Source: an uncultured Candidatus Rokubacteria bacterium (GTDB lineage: Bacteria > Methylomirabilota > Methylomirabilia > Rokubacteriales > CSP1-6). Taken from it: a DNA stretch of 64,000 nucleotides. This document shows positions 23,898 through 34,937 of the stretch, piece after piece. Where the stretch lies: contig CAVVEU010000008.1 of the NCBI GenBank assembly GCA_963747235.1, positions 416,001 to 480,000 of the forward strand. Direction: 5' to 3'. Both the position numbers and the translations under genes were made by a program. The notes beneath the pieces are model-generated. The model searched no databases and was not told where the DNA came from. It saw nothing but the letters and a program-made list of their open reading frames with translations. Within the stretch, counting starts at the first letter, position 1. Each line of letters begins with the position of its first letter.

Positions 23898-24448
23898 CCG
23901 GGCGCCGGCGGGCTCTGCAAGACCGCCGGCTCGATCGCCACGCTCTGATCCGCGTCCGCCATCCAGATCTGGCCGTCCTGGATCGTGCACGTGACCCGCA
24001 TGTTCCGCTGCGCCAGCTTCGCCAGCGCCCGAGTGGCGGCGAAGGGCAGGTTGACGACGGTCAGGTTCTCGGCCCGGTCGAGGGCGGCGCCGGCCTGCTC
24101 CCACCAGAGATCGGCGCCCCGCCCGCCGTAGCTGTAGACGAACACCGACTCCGCGCGGCCGCAGGCCCGCCGGATCCGCTTCTCGTCCGGCTGCCCCACG
24201 TCGATCCAGAGATCGATGGCCCCGGTGAGGTCCTTCCGCCAGAGATCGGGCTCGTCGTCGGTGCCCAGCCCTCGGCCGAAGGCCAGCGCCTCGTGCGCGT
24301 GCCGGGCGAAGGCCAGCAGCCGCACCATCATGCGCTCGTCGGTCTCGGACGGGTGGCGCGCGATCGTGAGGGCGTGGTCGTGGTAGTAGGCGCGGTCGAT
24401 GTCCGCGATCTCCAGGGTGACCTTGAAGATGGTGGCGTTCTGGGCCAT
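23894..24448 (-). CDS. yaeQ: YaeQ family protein
   Basis: ATIFK...DIDRAYY...ARHPSETDERMMVRLLAF...DEPDLW...WIDVGQPDEKR. Confidence 0.93.
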   Translation of the reverse strand: MAQNATIFKVTLEIADIDRAYYHDHALTIARHPSETDERMMVRLLAFARHAHEALAFGRGLGTDDEPDLWRKDLTGAIDLWIDVGQPDEKRIRRACGRAESVFVYSYGGRGADLWWEQAGAALDRAENLTVVNLPFAATRALAKLAQRNMRVTCTIQDGQIWMADADQSVAIEPAVLQSPPAPG

Positions 24449-24602
24449 GGCGCCGCTCCTGGAGCCGGCAGGGCGATACTCCCCGGGCGGGCGCGCGCGG
24501 TCAAGGCATGCGCGGCCCGGATTGCGCGGCGGGGGCGCCTTGATCTATCCTCGATCACCGCCGGCGCGGGTCGGCACACTCCGTTCAAGGGGGCACGGGA
24601 CC

Positions 24603-26155
24603 ATGATCGTTCCGCTCACGCTGGCCGACTTTCTCGAGCGCGCCGAGCTCGTCTACGGCGCACCGCGAGGCGGTCGTCGACGAGCCGAATCCGCCCGGCG
24701 GCGGCCTCGGCCGCATCACCTACGCGCAGTTCGCCGCGATGGCGCGCAGCCTCGCCGCCGCGCTCGACGATCTCGGCGTCGGCGGAGAACGAGCGCGTCG
24801 CGATCGTCTCGCCGAACGCGGCGCGCTTCCTCGTCAGCCTGTTCGGCGTCAGCGTGTTCGGGCGCGTCCTGGTGCCGGTGAACTTCCGGCTGAACGCCGA
24901 GGAGATCCGCTACATCATCGAGCACTCCGGCTCCTCGGTGCTGCTCGTCGACCCCGAGCTCGACGAGTCGCTGCGCGACATCACGGTGAAGCACCGCTTC
25001 GTGCTCGGGCAGCGGCACCGACCCGCAGCTCTTCCGCGCCAGGGCGCGACGCCGCGCCTGCGGGTCACCGACGAGAACGCCACGCGTGTCCATCAACTAC
25101 ACGTCGGGCACCACCGCGCGGCCCAAGGGCGTGCAGCTCACCCACCGCAACTGCTGGCTCAACGCGGTCACCTTCGGCTGGCACCTGGGCGTCACCGACC
25201 GCGACGTGTACCTCCACACGCTGCCCACCTTCCACTGCAACGGCTGGGGCATGCCCTACGCGGTCACCGCGATGGGCGTCCGCCAGGTCATCATCCGCAA
25301 GATCGACGGCGAGGAGATCCTGCGCCGCGTGGAGAGCGAGGGCGTGACGCTCTTCAACGGCGCGCCGGCGGTGATCGCGGCCGTGCTCGACGCGGCCGCG
25401 GCCCGCCGCGCGCAAGGGCGAGGCGGTGCCGGGCGCGGGGCGCGTGCGCATGGTCGTCGCCGGGGCGCCGCCGCCGTCGAAGACCATCGAGCGCGTCGAG
25501 ACCGAGCTCGGCTGGGAGTTCATCCAGATCTACGGCCTCACCGAGACCTCGCCGCTGCTCACCATCAACCGCGCGCCCGCGGAGTGGGACGGGCTCGACC
25601 CGGCCGAGCGCGCGCAGCGGCTCGTCGCGCGCGGGCGTGCCCGCGGTCGGCGTGCGCATGGCGCGTCGACGCGGAGGGCGAGGTGCTCGCGCGCTCCAAC
25701 CACGTGTTCGACGGCTACTGGAACCAGCCCGAGGAGACGGCCAAGGCCATCGTGGACGGCTGGTTCCACACCGGCGACGGCGGCTACATCGACGGCGCCT
25801 TCATCGTGATCACGCGACCGCAAGAAGGACGTGATCATCACCGGCGGCGAGAACGTCTCGTCGATCGAGGTGGAGGACTGCCTCTTCCAGCACCCGGCGG
25901 TGGCCGAGGTCGCGGTGATCGGCGTGCCCGACGAGAAGTGGGGCGAGACGATCAAGGCGCTCGTGGTGCTGCGCCCGGGCGCGCCGGCGACCGAGCGGGA
26001 CCTGATCGAGCACTGCCGGAGCCGCATGGCCCACTTCAAGTGCCCGACCTCGGTCGAGTTCCGCGACGCGCTCGTCCGCACCGCCACCGGCAAGCTCCAG
26101 AAGTTCAAGCTCCGCGAGCCCTACTGGGCCGGCCGCACGCCGCAGGGTGAACTGA
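24603..26155 (+). CDS. Acyl-CoA synthetase/AMP-binding enzyme (multiple frameshifts)
   Basis: PLTLADFLERA, SINYTSGTTARPKGV, FHCNGWG, YGLTET, GWFHTGD, IITGGENVSSIEVE, TATGKLQKF. Confidence 0.9.
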
Positions 26156-26344
26156 GCGCCTGGCGGGATCAGCTCGGGGCAAGAAGGCGCTTGACACCGC
26201 AGGCTTCGTCCTTCGGGCGGGATATGTTTCACGGGCGAATGCAGAATCAGGGCAACGCGGGAGCGGCAAGGAGAGACGGCCACCATTCGAATGACGTGAG
26301 GGAAAGCCGATGCCGGTCGGGGTCGGGCTCACCACGGCGGTTCG

Positions 26345-26654
26345 ATGAAGACCATCGCCCGGCTTCCGCTGGCCCAGCTCGAGGCGAGCGAGGAGCACGT
26401 CGAGGCGTTCAAGGCCCTGGCCCATCTCACCCGGCTCCAGGTGTTCTTCTTCCTGGTGCGCGCGGGCAAGGAGATGTCGGTCGGCGAGATCCAGGCCGAG
26501 GTCGAGATTCCCGGGCCCGACCCTGTCGCACCACCTGGACCTGCTCCGGCGGGCCGGCCTGGTCGAGAGCCGCAAGGAAGAGCGGTACGTCTACTATTCC
26601 GTGAAGCGGGACGTGGTGACGGCGCTCGTGCGCCTGCTCACCGCGTGCTGCTAG
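26345..26654 (+). CDS. arsR: ArsR family arsenic repressor with C-terminal Cys-Cys (frameshift near 26518)
   Basis: FKALAHLTRL...TLSHHLDLLRRAGLV...LTACC*. First gene of the ars cluster. Confidence 0.85.
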
Positions 26655-26665
26655 AGGAGAATGCC

Positions 26666-27109
26666 ATGAGCGCGAAGGTCCATCTCCACCTGCACGTGTC
26701 GGACCTGGCCAAGAGCCGGGAGTTCTACGAGAAGTTCCTCGGGACGGGGCCGGTCAAGGTGAAGGACGGGTACGTCAAGTTCCTGCCCGACTGGGCGCCC
26801 GTCAACCTGGCCCTCTCCGGCGGCGGCGCGGCCGGCGCGGGCACGATCGATCACGTCGGCGTGCAGGTCGCCGCGGTGACTACCGTGATGGCCGAGCTGG
26901 CGCGCGTCAAGGCGGCCGGCCTGCCGGTGCGGGAGGAGATGGGCGTCGACTGCTGCCACGCGAACCAGGACAAGTTCTGGGTCCAGGACCCGGACGGCGT
27001 GGAGTGGGAGGTCTATCACCTCAACTACGACCTGGAGAACGAGGTGACCGCGCCTCGCGCCACCGGACTGTCGCTGGCCAAGGGCGGCGGGTCCTGCTGC
27101 GCGTCGTGA
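26666..27109 (+). CDS. arsI: ArsI/CadI family VOC metalloenzyme (C-As lyase-like)
   Basis: HLHLHVSDL...FY...YVKF...IDHVG...DCCHANQDKFWVQDPDGVEWEVY, with an SCC tail. Confidence 0.85.
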   Translation: MSAKVHLHLHVSDLAKSREFYEKFLGTGPVKVKDGYVKFLPDWAPVNLALSGGGAAGAGTIDHVGVQVAAVTTVMAELARVKAAGLPVREEMGVDCCHANQDKFWVQDPDGVEWEVYHLNYDLENEVTAPRATGLSLAKGGGSCCAS

Positions 27110-27120
27110 GGAGATGACCC

Positions 27121-27937
27121 ATGAGCGACGACATCAAGGAGATCGTGAAGGAGAAGTACGCGCGGGCCGCGCTCCGGGTGACCGCGGTCGGCGGCGCGTC
27201 CTGCTGCGGCTCGGCGTCCTCTCGCGGCGAGTGCGATCCGATCACCTCGGGGATCTACGCGGAGAGTGACACGTCCGCGTTGCCGGCCGAGGCCCGCGCC
27301 GCCTCGCTCGGCTGCGGGAACCCGACCGCGCTGGCCGAGCTCAAGCCCGGCGAGACCGTGCTCGATCTCGGATCGGGAGGCGGCATCGACGTGCTCCTGT
27401 CCGCCGGCCGCGTCGGACCGACGGGCAAGGCGTACGGTCTCGACATGACCGACGAGATGCTGGCCCTCGCGCGCGAGAACCAGCGGAAGGCGGGCGCGAC
27501 CAACGTGGAGTTCCTCAAGGGGGAGATCGAGCAGATCCCGCTTCCCGCGAGCTCGGTGGACGTCATCATCTCCAACTGCGTGATCAATCTCTCGGCCGAC
27601 AAGGATCGCGTCCTGGCCGAGGCGTTCCGGGTGCTGAAGCCGGGCGGGCGTCTGGCGGTGTCGGACGTGGTCGTGCGCGGCGAGGTTCCCGCGGAGATCC
27701 GGCGGAGCGTCGAGCTGTGGATCGGCTGCGTGGCCGGTGCCCTGGAGGAGCGGGAGTATCGCGACAAGCTCGCCGCGCGCGGGGTTCGAGGGGATCGGCC
27801 TGGAGCCGACCCGGGTCTATCGGGTGGAGGAGGCCCGGGACTTTCTGACCGGAGCCGGGCTCGACGTCGACGCCATCGCGCCCCAGGTCGGCGACAAGTT
27901 CATGAGCGCATTCGTCCGCGCCCGCAAGCCCGCGTAG
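27121..27937 (+). CDS. arsM: Arsenite S-adenosylmethionine methyltransferase (frameshift near 27780)
   Basis: [50 protein letters not shown]. Confidence 0.92.
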
Positions 27938-27938
27938 C

Positions 27939-28610
27939 GTGTCTCCGGCTGGTGAGCGAGCGAGCCTCGGCCGGCGGGTGGCCGCGGAGGCGGTCGGCAC
28001 CGCGCTGCTCCTCGCCGCGGTGGTGGGGTCGGGGATCATGGGCGAGCGCCTCGCGGGCGGCAACGTCGCGGTCGCGCTGCTCGCCAACACGATCGCGACC
28101 GGCGCCGCGCTGGTGGCGCTGATCCTGACCTTCGGGCCGATCTCGGGCGCCCACTTCAACCCGGCGGTGACGCTGGCCGACGCGGCGCAGGGCGGCTTCG
28201 CGTGGGCGGACGTGCCGCCGTACGTCGCGGCCCAGGTCGTGGGCGCCTTCGCCGGCGTCGCCGCCGCGCACGTGATGTTCGAGCTGCCGCTCTTCTTCGC
28301 GTCGCAGCACGTGCGCGCAGGGCCCGCCCAGATGTTCAGCGAGTTCGTCGCGACGTTCGGACTGCTCGCGGTCATCTGGGGCTGCGCGCGCGGGTGGCCG
28401 GCCGTGGTGGTGCCCTTCGCGGTGGCGGGCTACATCACGGCGGCGTACTGGTTCACCGCGTCCACGTCGTTCGCCAATCCCGCGGTCACGCTGGCGCGAT
28501 CGGCCAGCGACACGTTCGCGGGGATCCGGCCCGCGGACGCGCCCGGCTTCATCGTGGCGCAGCTCCTCGGGGCGGCGGCGGCGACCGGGCTGTTCCGGTG
28601 GCTCCGATGA
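27939..28610 (+). CDS. aqpS: Aquaporin/MIP channel, ars-associated (AqpS-like)
   Basis: [11 protein letters not shown] and [20 protein letters not shown] motifs, inside the ars operon. Confidence 0.88.
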   Translation: MSPAGERASLGRRVAAEAVGTALLLAAVVGSGIMGERLAGGNVAVALLANTIATGAALVALILTFGPISGAHFNPAVTLADAAQGGFAWADVPPYVAAQVVGAFAGVAAAHVMFELPLFFASQHVRAGPAQMFSEFVATFGLLAVIWGCARGWPAVVVPFAVAGYITAAYWFTASTSFANPAVTLARSASDTFAGIRPADAPGFIVAQLLGAAAATGLFRWLR

Positions 28611-29107
28611 CGGCCGCTCCGCGACGCAGCGCTGGCGACGCCGGCCGACGCGGCGGCCATCACCGCGATCTACAACGAGGGGATCGCCGACCGGGTCGCG
28701 ACCTTCGAGACCGAGCCGCGGACGGCGGCCCAGATCGCGCAGCAGCTCGCGGACAAGGGTGACCGGTTTCCGACCGTGGTGGTCGGAGCGGGACGGGCAG
28801 GTGGTCGCGTACTGCGGGCGCGGGCGCGTACCGGAGCCGTCCCGCCTACGCGGGCGTCGCCGAGCACTCGGTCTACGTGGCGCGCGCCGCGCGGGGCACC
28901 GGCGCGGGCCGAGCGGCGCTGGACGCGATGTGCCGGGCGTACGCCGAGCGCGGCTTCTGGAAGATCGTCTCCCGGATCTTCCCGGAGAACACCGCGAGCC
29001 TCCGCCTCCACGAGCGGTGCGGCTTCCGGGTGGTCGGCGTCTACCAGCGGCACGGCAAGCTCGACGGCGAGTGGCGCGACTGCGTGATCGTGGAGCGGCT
29101 GCTCTGA
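28607..29107 (+). CDS. arsN1: GNAT N-acetyltransferase, ArsN1/phosphinothricin acetyltransferase family (several frameshifts)
   Basis: AITAIYNEGIADRVATFETEPRT, EHSVYVAR...RGTGAG, GFWKIVSRIFPEN, HGKLDGEWRDCVIVERLL. ars context. Confidence 0.8.
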
Positions 29108-29108
29108 C

Positions 29109-29525
29109 ATGAGCCGGCCGCGCGTCCTGTTCCTCTGCACGCACAACTCGGCCCGGAGCCAGATGGCCGAGGGCTTCCTCCGCGCGATGGCGGGCGACCG
29201 CTTCGAGGCCGGGAGCGCGGGGACCGAGAAGACCTCGGTCAATCCGCTGGCGATCCGGGCCATGGCCGAGCTCGGCATCGACCTCGGCGGGCATGCGTCG
29301 AAGCTGTACGAGGACGTGGCCTCGGAGTCCTGGGACTACCTCATCACGGTCTGCGACGACGCGAACGAGCGCTGCCCCTGGGTGCCCGGCTCCGTGCAGC
29401 GCCTGCACTGGTCGTTCCCCGATCCGTCGCGCGCGACCGGGACCGAGGAGGAGCGTCTCGCGGTCTTCCGCCGGGTGCGCGACCAGATCGAGGAGCGCCT
29501 GACCGACTGGCTCGGCGGCCGGTGA
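29109..29525 (+). CDS. arsC: Arsenate reductase, LMW-PTP fold
   Basis: VLFLCTHNSARSQMAE, SAGT, ITVCDDANERCP, HWSFPDP, FRRVRDQI. Confidence 0.92.
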   Translation: MSRPRVLFLCTHNSARSQMAEGFLRAMAGDRFEAGSAGTEKTSVNPLAIRAMAELGIDLGGHASKLYEDVASESWDYLITVCDDANERCPWVPGSVQRLHWSFPDPSRATGTEEERLAVFRRVRDQIEERLTDWLGGR

Positions 29526-30765
29526 CGCCCGCCCGGCTCGTCGCCTGCGTCTGCGTCGCGCAGGTGTGCGCCCAGATCGGGGCCTACACGTGGCCGGCGC
29601 TGCTGCCGGGCTTCCTCGCCGAGTGGCAGCTCACCAACCGGGAGGCGGGCTGGATCACCGGGATCTTCTACGCGGCCTACACGGTGTCGGTGCCCGTCCT
29701 CGTCACGCTCACCGACCGCGTGGACGCGCGCGCCGTCTACCTGAGCGGCGTGGCCCTCACGGTGGCGAGCCACCTGGGCTTCGCCGTCTTCGTGGACGGG
29801 CCGTGGAGCGCGGCCGCGGCGCGGGCGCTGGCCGGCATCGGCTGGGCCGGCACCTACATGACCGGCCTCAAGCTGCTGGCCGACCGGGTGGAGCCCGTGC
29901 TCATGTCGCGCGCGGTGGCCGGCCACGCCGCCAGCATCGGCATCGCGGGCGCGATCTCGTTCGTGTTCGCGGGCACGATCGGCCGATGGCTCGGCTGGCG
30001 CGGCGCCTTCGCGGCCGCCGGGGTCGCCGCGATCGTCGCCTGGCTGATCGTGTTCGTCTGGGCGCCGGCGCGGGAGCGCCGCCCGGCCACCGCGGCCTCC
30101 GGGGCGCTCTTCGATTTCCGGCCGGTGCTCCGCAACCGCTCGGCCATGGCCTACGCCGTCGCCTACTGCGCGCATACGTGGGAGATGAACGCCCTGCGCG
30201 GCTGGGCGGTCGCGTTCCTGGCCTACGTGGCGGCGCGACCGGCGACCGCAGCCCCTGGCTCGGGCCCACCGCGGTGGTGATGATCATGGGGCTCGTCGGC
30301 ACGTGGGCGAGCGTGGCCGGCAACGAAGCCGCCATCCGCATGGGCCGGCCCCGGCTCGTGCGCCTGGCCATGACCGCGTGCGTGGTGTGCGCGGCCGGCA
30401 TCGGCTTCCTCGGCGCCCGCTCGTACACGGTGGCGGCGGCCCTCGTGCTCCTCTACGGGCTGCTGATCTGGCTCGACTCCTCCTCGCTCACCGCGGGCGC
30501 CGCGGGCAGCGCGGACCCCGAGCGGCGCGGCGCCACGCTGGCGCTGCACTCGATGGCGGGCTACGCGGGCGGAGCCGTCGGGCCCATCGTGATCGGCTGG
30601 ATCCTCGATCTGAGCGGCGGCATGTCGCCCATGGGCTGGGGCTGGGCCTTCCTGCACGTCGCGGTGATCGCGCTGCTGGGGCAGGTGGCCTTCGTGCTCC
30701 TGGGGCCGCGCGATCTGGCCGGGGACCGGCGCAGCGCCTCCGGCCGCACCACCGATCGCGCTTGA
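29522..30765 (+). CDS. MFS transporter (frameshift near 30235)
   Basis: About 12 TM segments, LTDRVDAR loop, AHTWEM. GTGA overlap with the arsC stop. Confidence 0.85.
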
Positions 30766-30832
30766 CGAGGCCGCCCGGTCCGGTGGAGCATCGGGTGCCG
30801 CGCGCAACGACGCGCCCAGGAGGCTGCCCCCC

Positions 30833-32450
30833 ATGCTCACGCGCCGTGAGTTTCTCGCCGCCACCACCGCCGCCGCGGCTCTGGCCGCCGCGCCGTCGGG
30901 CGTAGCCGCCCAGACCCCCAAGCGCGGCGGCACCCTGTCCGTCCGGGCCTGGGATCCGCCGCACTTCGACCACAGCCTGGTGCACGCCTACAAGACGCAC
31001 GTGGTGGTCTCCTTCACCCACAGCCGGCTCCTGAAGCATCGGGCCGGCCCCGGCGTCCGGCCGGGCTCGCTGGTCCTGGAAGGCGATCTGGCCGAGTCCT
31101 GGACGCAGCCGAGCGACACCACCTACGTCTTCAAGCTGCGCCGGGGCGTGCGCTTCCACGCCAAGCCGCCGGTGAACGGCCGGGAGCTCACCGCGGAGGA
31201 CGTGAAGTACACGTTCGAGCGCATGCTCACCGAGACCGGGAGCAACGCCTCGATGTACCGCTCGATCGCCAGGATCGAGGCGGTGGACCGCTACACGGTC
31301 CGGTTCACGCTCTCGGAGCCCTTCGCGTGGTTCCTCGACATGGTGGCGAGCCCGATGGCGGGCGGCATCGTGGCCCGGGAGTGCGTGGAGAAGTTCGGCG
31401 ACCTCAAGAAGCCGGAGGCGGTGATCGGCACCGGCCCCTGGATGCTCGAGAGCTACAAGCCGAACGTGTCCATCACCCTGGTGCGCAACCCCGCCTACTT
31501 CGTGGCCGGCCTGCCGTACATCGACCGGGTCGAGCTGATGGTGGACGAGGACAATGCCTCGCGCATGGCCGCGTTTCTCTCGGGCCGGTACGACCTCGGC
31601 TGGGAGTTCCCGGGAACCATCAACCGGACGGACTGGGTGGCCATCAAGGATCGGCTCCGCCAGACGCGGCCCTCGCTGCGGACGGCCGAGTTCGCGTCGA
31701 ACGTGGTGAACGATTTCGCGATGCGGACGGATCAGAAGCCGTGGAGCGACGCGCGGGTGCGCCAGGCGGTGTCGCTGGCCCTGAACCGGCGCGAGATCAT
31801 CGACGCGACGCTCGAGGGCGTAGGGCGTCGTCAACGGGCCGATGGCCGCCGCGCTCACCGACTGGGCCCTGCCCATCGACCAGCTCGGCGAGGGCGCGCG
31901 CTACTACCGGCACGATCCGGCGGAGGCCAAGCGGCTGCTCGCGGCCGCGGGCTACCCGAACGGTTTCCCGGCCAGCATCTGCTTCAACTCCTACGGCTCC
32001 ACCGTGCTGGTGGACACCGTCCAGCTCGTGATGAAGCACCTCAAGGCGGTGGGCATCGACGCGCGGCTGGATCAGAAGGAGTACGGCGCGTATCAGGCGA
32101 GCTGCCGGCTCGGGAAGTTCGACTCGATGGTGTTCGGGCCCCTGACCCCGTTCCTCGAGCCCGACAATTTCCTGTTCGGCCAGTACTACACCGGCGAGCC
32201 GCGCAACCGGAGCCACGTCAAGGACCCGGCGCTCGACGACCTGCTCGTCCGGCAGCGGCGCGCCATGGACGTGAAGGCCCGCCGCGAGATCATCAACGAC
32301 ATCCAGCGGCATCTCGCCAAGCAGCAGTACTACGTCCACGCGCCGACCCGGAGCTACATCGCGGTGTGGGACGGGGCGCTCAAGAACTACGGGCCGAACC
32401 TGGGCTACGACTACGGCGGGCGGGTCATCACCGCCTGGCTCGACCGCTGA
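30833..32450 (+). CDS. Family 5 (peptide/nickel) ABC substrate-binding protein, Tat-exported (frameshift near 31822)
   Basis: TRREFL, PKRGGTL, DLAESW, TAEDVKYTFER, IGTGPW, DARVRQAVSLA. Confidence 0.9.
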
Positions 32451-32457
32451 TCGCGCG

Positions 32458-33239
32458 ATGATTCTCGCCGATCGTGTCGCGATCGTCACCGGCGCCGGCA
32501 ACGGCATCGGGAAGGCCACCGCGCTGGCCCTCGCCCGCGCCGGAGCGCGCGTCGCCGCGGTGGACGTGGACGGGGGCGCGGCCAAGCTCACCGCGGACGC
32601 CGCCGCGGCGCTCGGGGCCCGCGGAGCCTGGCGCTGGACACCGACGTGGGCGATCTGGCCGCCATCGACCGGATGGTCCAGCGGGTGATGGAGACGTTCG
32701 GGCGGGTCGACATCCTGGTGAACAATGCCGGGGTCACGCGGCGCGCCTACATCATGGATCTCACCGAGCAGGACTGGGACCGCATCATGCGCGTCAACGC
32801 CAAGGGCGTCTTCTTCTGCCTGCAGCGGGTGGCGCGCGAGATGATCCCGCGGCGGAGCGGCACCATCATCAACATCGCGTCCATCGCGGGGAAGGGCTAC
32901 GCGGGCACCTCGAACGCGATCTACGCGGCCAGCAAGGGGAGCGTGATCTCGCTGACCCGCACCGCCGCGCTCCAGCTCGCCCGGCACGACATCAACGTGA
33001 ACGCGATCTGCCCCGGCATCACGGTCACCGCGCTGTCCGAGGCCAACGTGGCGGTCCGCGCCCGCGACGAGGGGTTGTCGCTCGAGGAGATGACGCGCCG
33101 GCGCAACGCGGTCATTCCGCTCGGGCGGCCGAACGACCCGGAGGACCTGGCCGCACTGGCGGTGTTCCTGGCCTCGCCGGGCGCGCGGAACATCACCGGC
33201 CAGTCCTTCAACGTGGACGGCGGCATCATCTTCGACTGA
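32458..33239 (+). CDS. SDR family oxidoreductase (frameshift near 32620)
   Basis: TGAGNGIG, LVNNAG, YAASK, NAICPG, TGQSFNVDGG. Confidence 0.92.
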
Positions 33240-33262
33240 TTCCGGACCAAGGAGAGCTCACC

Positions 33263-34111
33263 ATGAACATCGGCGTCTCGGTGCCCCTGCCTGCCTATCT
33301 CGTGGACGTCGGGGCCATGGCCCGCAAGGCCGAGGAGCTCGGGTTCGAGTCCTTCTGGTGCGCGGAGCACCCGTTCATCCCGGTGCAGACCGCGAGCCGC
33401 TTTCCGGGCTCGGCGGACGGCGTCATCCCGGAGGAGTACTCGCACTTCGTGGATCCCTTCGTGGCGCTCGCGCGCGCCTCGGGGACGACCAGCCGCATCA
33501 AGCTCGCCACCGGCATCGTGCTGGTGCCGGAGCGGCATCCGCTGGTGCTGGCCAAGGAGGTGTCCACGCTCGATCTCTTCAGCGGCGGGCGCTTCCTGTT
33601 CGGCATCGGGGCGGGGTGGCTGCGCGAGGAGACGCAGATCATGGGCGGCGACTTCGACCACCGCTGGACCCAGACGCGGGAGTCGGTCCTGGCCATGAAG
33701 GAGCTGTGGACGAAGACCGACGCCGAGTACCACGGCAAGTACTACGATTTCCCGCCGGTGCGCTCGTATCCCAAGCCGGCGCAGAAGCCGCACCCGCCGG
33801 TGCTCCTGGGCGGCGGCGCGAAGAACGTGCTCCAGCGGGTGGCGTCGTGGGGCGACGGCTGGCTGCCCAACCGGGTGACGCCGGATCAGCTTCGCGAGAG
33901 CCGCGCCACGCTCGACCGGCTCGCCAAGGAGAACGGCCGCGATCCGGCCGCCATCACCATCTCGGTGCATGGCCAGCCCGCCGACCGGGACCTGGTGCGC
34001 CGCCTCCTCGACGCGGGCGCCACGCGCGTGATCATCCGGCCGGCCACGTCGAAGTCGGAGCCGGACATGGTGCGCGAGCTGACCCGCATCGCGGAGACGG
34101 TGATGCGGTAG
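33263..34111 (+). CDS. LLM class (F420-dependent type) oxidoreductase
   Basis: AEELGFESFWCAEH, DPFVALA, LAKEVSTLD, SGGRFLFGIGAGW, PKPAQKPHPP. GGAGAG RBS. Confidence 0.92.
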   Translation: MNIGVSVPLPAYLVDVGAMARKAEELGFESFWCAEHPFIPVQTASRFPGSADGVIPEEYSHFVDPFVALARASGTTSRIKLATGIVLVPERHPLVLAKEVSTLDLFSGGRFLFGIGAGWLREETQIMGGDFDHRWTQTRESVLAMKELWTKTDAEYHGKYYDFPPVRSYPKPAQKPHPPVLLGGGAKNVLQRVASWGDGWLPNRVTPDQLRESRATLDRLAKENGRDPAAITISVHGQPADRDLVRRLLDAGATRVIIRPATSKSEPDMVRELTRIAETVMR

Positions 34112-34126
34112 GCCCCGGTCCCAGGA

Positions 34127-34929
34127 TCAGGCGTTCGGGATCCAGGGCCAGTACTTGGCGATCGCGCCGGCGTCCACGCGCAGGTCGGTGCCGGTGATCA
34201 TCTCCGCGTCGTCCGAGGCCAGGAAGACCACCGCGCGGGCGTAGTGCCGCGGGCTCGGCAGCTTCCCCATCGGGACCATCTTCGGGAAGTCGAGGCCGCG
34301 GGCGCGCGGCTCGGGCCGCGGGCGGCCCCAGGCCACCGCGCGATCGGCGGCCTCCTCGGTGTCGGTGGCGGTCGGCGTCAGGCTGTTCACCCGGATGCCG
34401 TGGCGGGCCAGGTCCATCGCGGCGGCGCGCGTGAAGTTGAGCAGCCCGCTCTTGCTGGTGGAGTAGGCGATGTTGCCGGCCTGGCCCTGGTGGCCGGCGG
34501 TCGAGACCACCACCACGATGTTGCCGCGCCGCCGCTGCTCCACCATGAGCCGGGCCACGTGCTTGGTGCAGAGGAACGTCCCGGTGAGGTTGACCGCGAT
34601 CTGGCGATTCCAGCGCTCGACCGGCATCTCGAGCACGCTCAGGCCGCCGAGGATGCCCGCGTTGTTGACCAGGATGTCCACGCCGCCGTAGGCGTCCCGG
34701 ACCCGCGCCACCATCGCTTCCACCTGGCTCTCGTCGGTGACGTCGCACGTGAGGCCCAGGGCCGTCGCGGCCCTGGCGCGTGATCGCCTCCGCGCACTGG
34801 AGCGGCGTTGTCCGGCGTCACGTCCACGCACACCACGGTGGCGCCCTCCTCGGCGAGGCCCTCCGCGATGCCGCCGCCGATGTTGGGGCTGGTCCCGGTC
34901 ACGATCGCGATCTTCTTCGCTAGACGCAC
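34127..34929 (-). CDS. SDR family oxidoreductase (frameshifts near 34800)
   Basis: TGTSPNIGGGIA, LVNNAG, YSTSK, ITGTDLRVDAG. Confidence 0.88.
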
Positions 34930-34937
34930 GGGCGGTC

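Noticed and set aside
23080-23994. TPR-YaiI fusion
   Set aside because: A frameshift near 23370 hides the TPR stop (TAG 23432-23434), which overlaps the YaiI GTG start.
26156-26344. Riboswitch or ncRNA in the long ars leader
   Set aside because: No recognisable aptamer consensus. TTGACA at 26191 has no well-spaced -10 that I can support.
27121-29107. Arsinothricin biosynthetic cluster
   Set aside because: arsM and arsN1 are present but there is no radical-SAM arsL gene.
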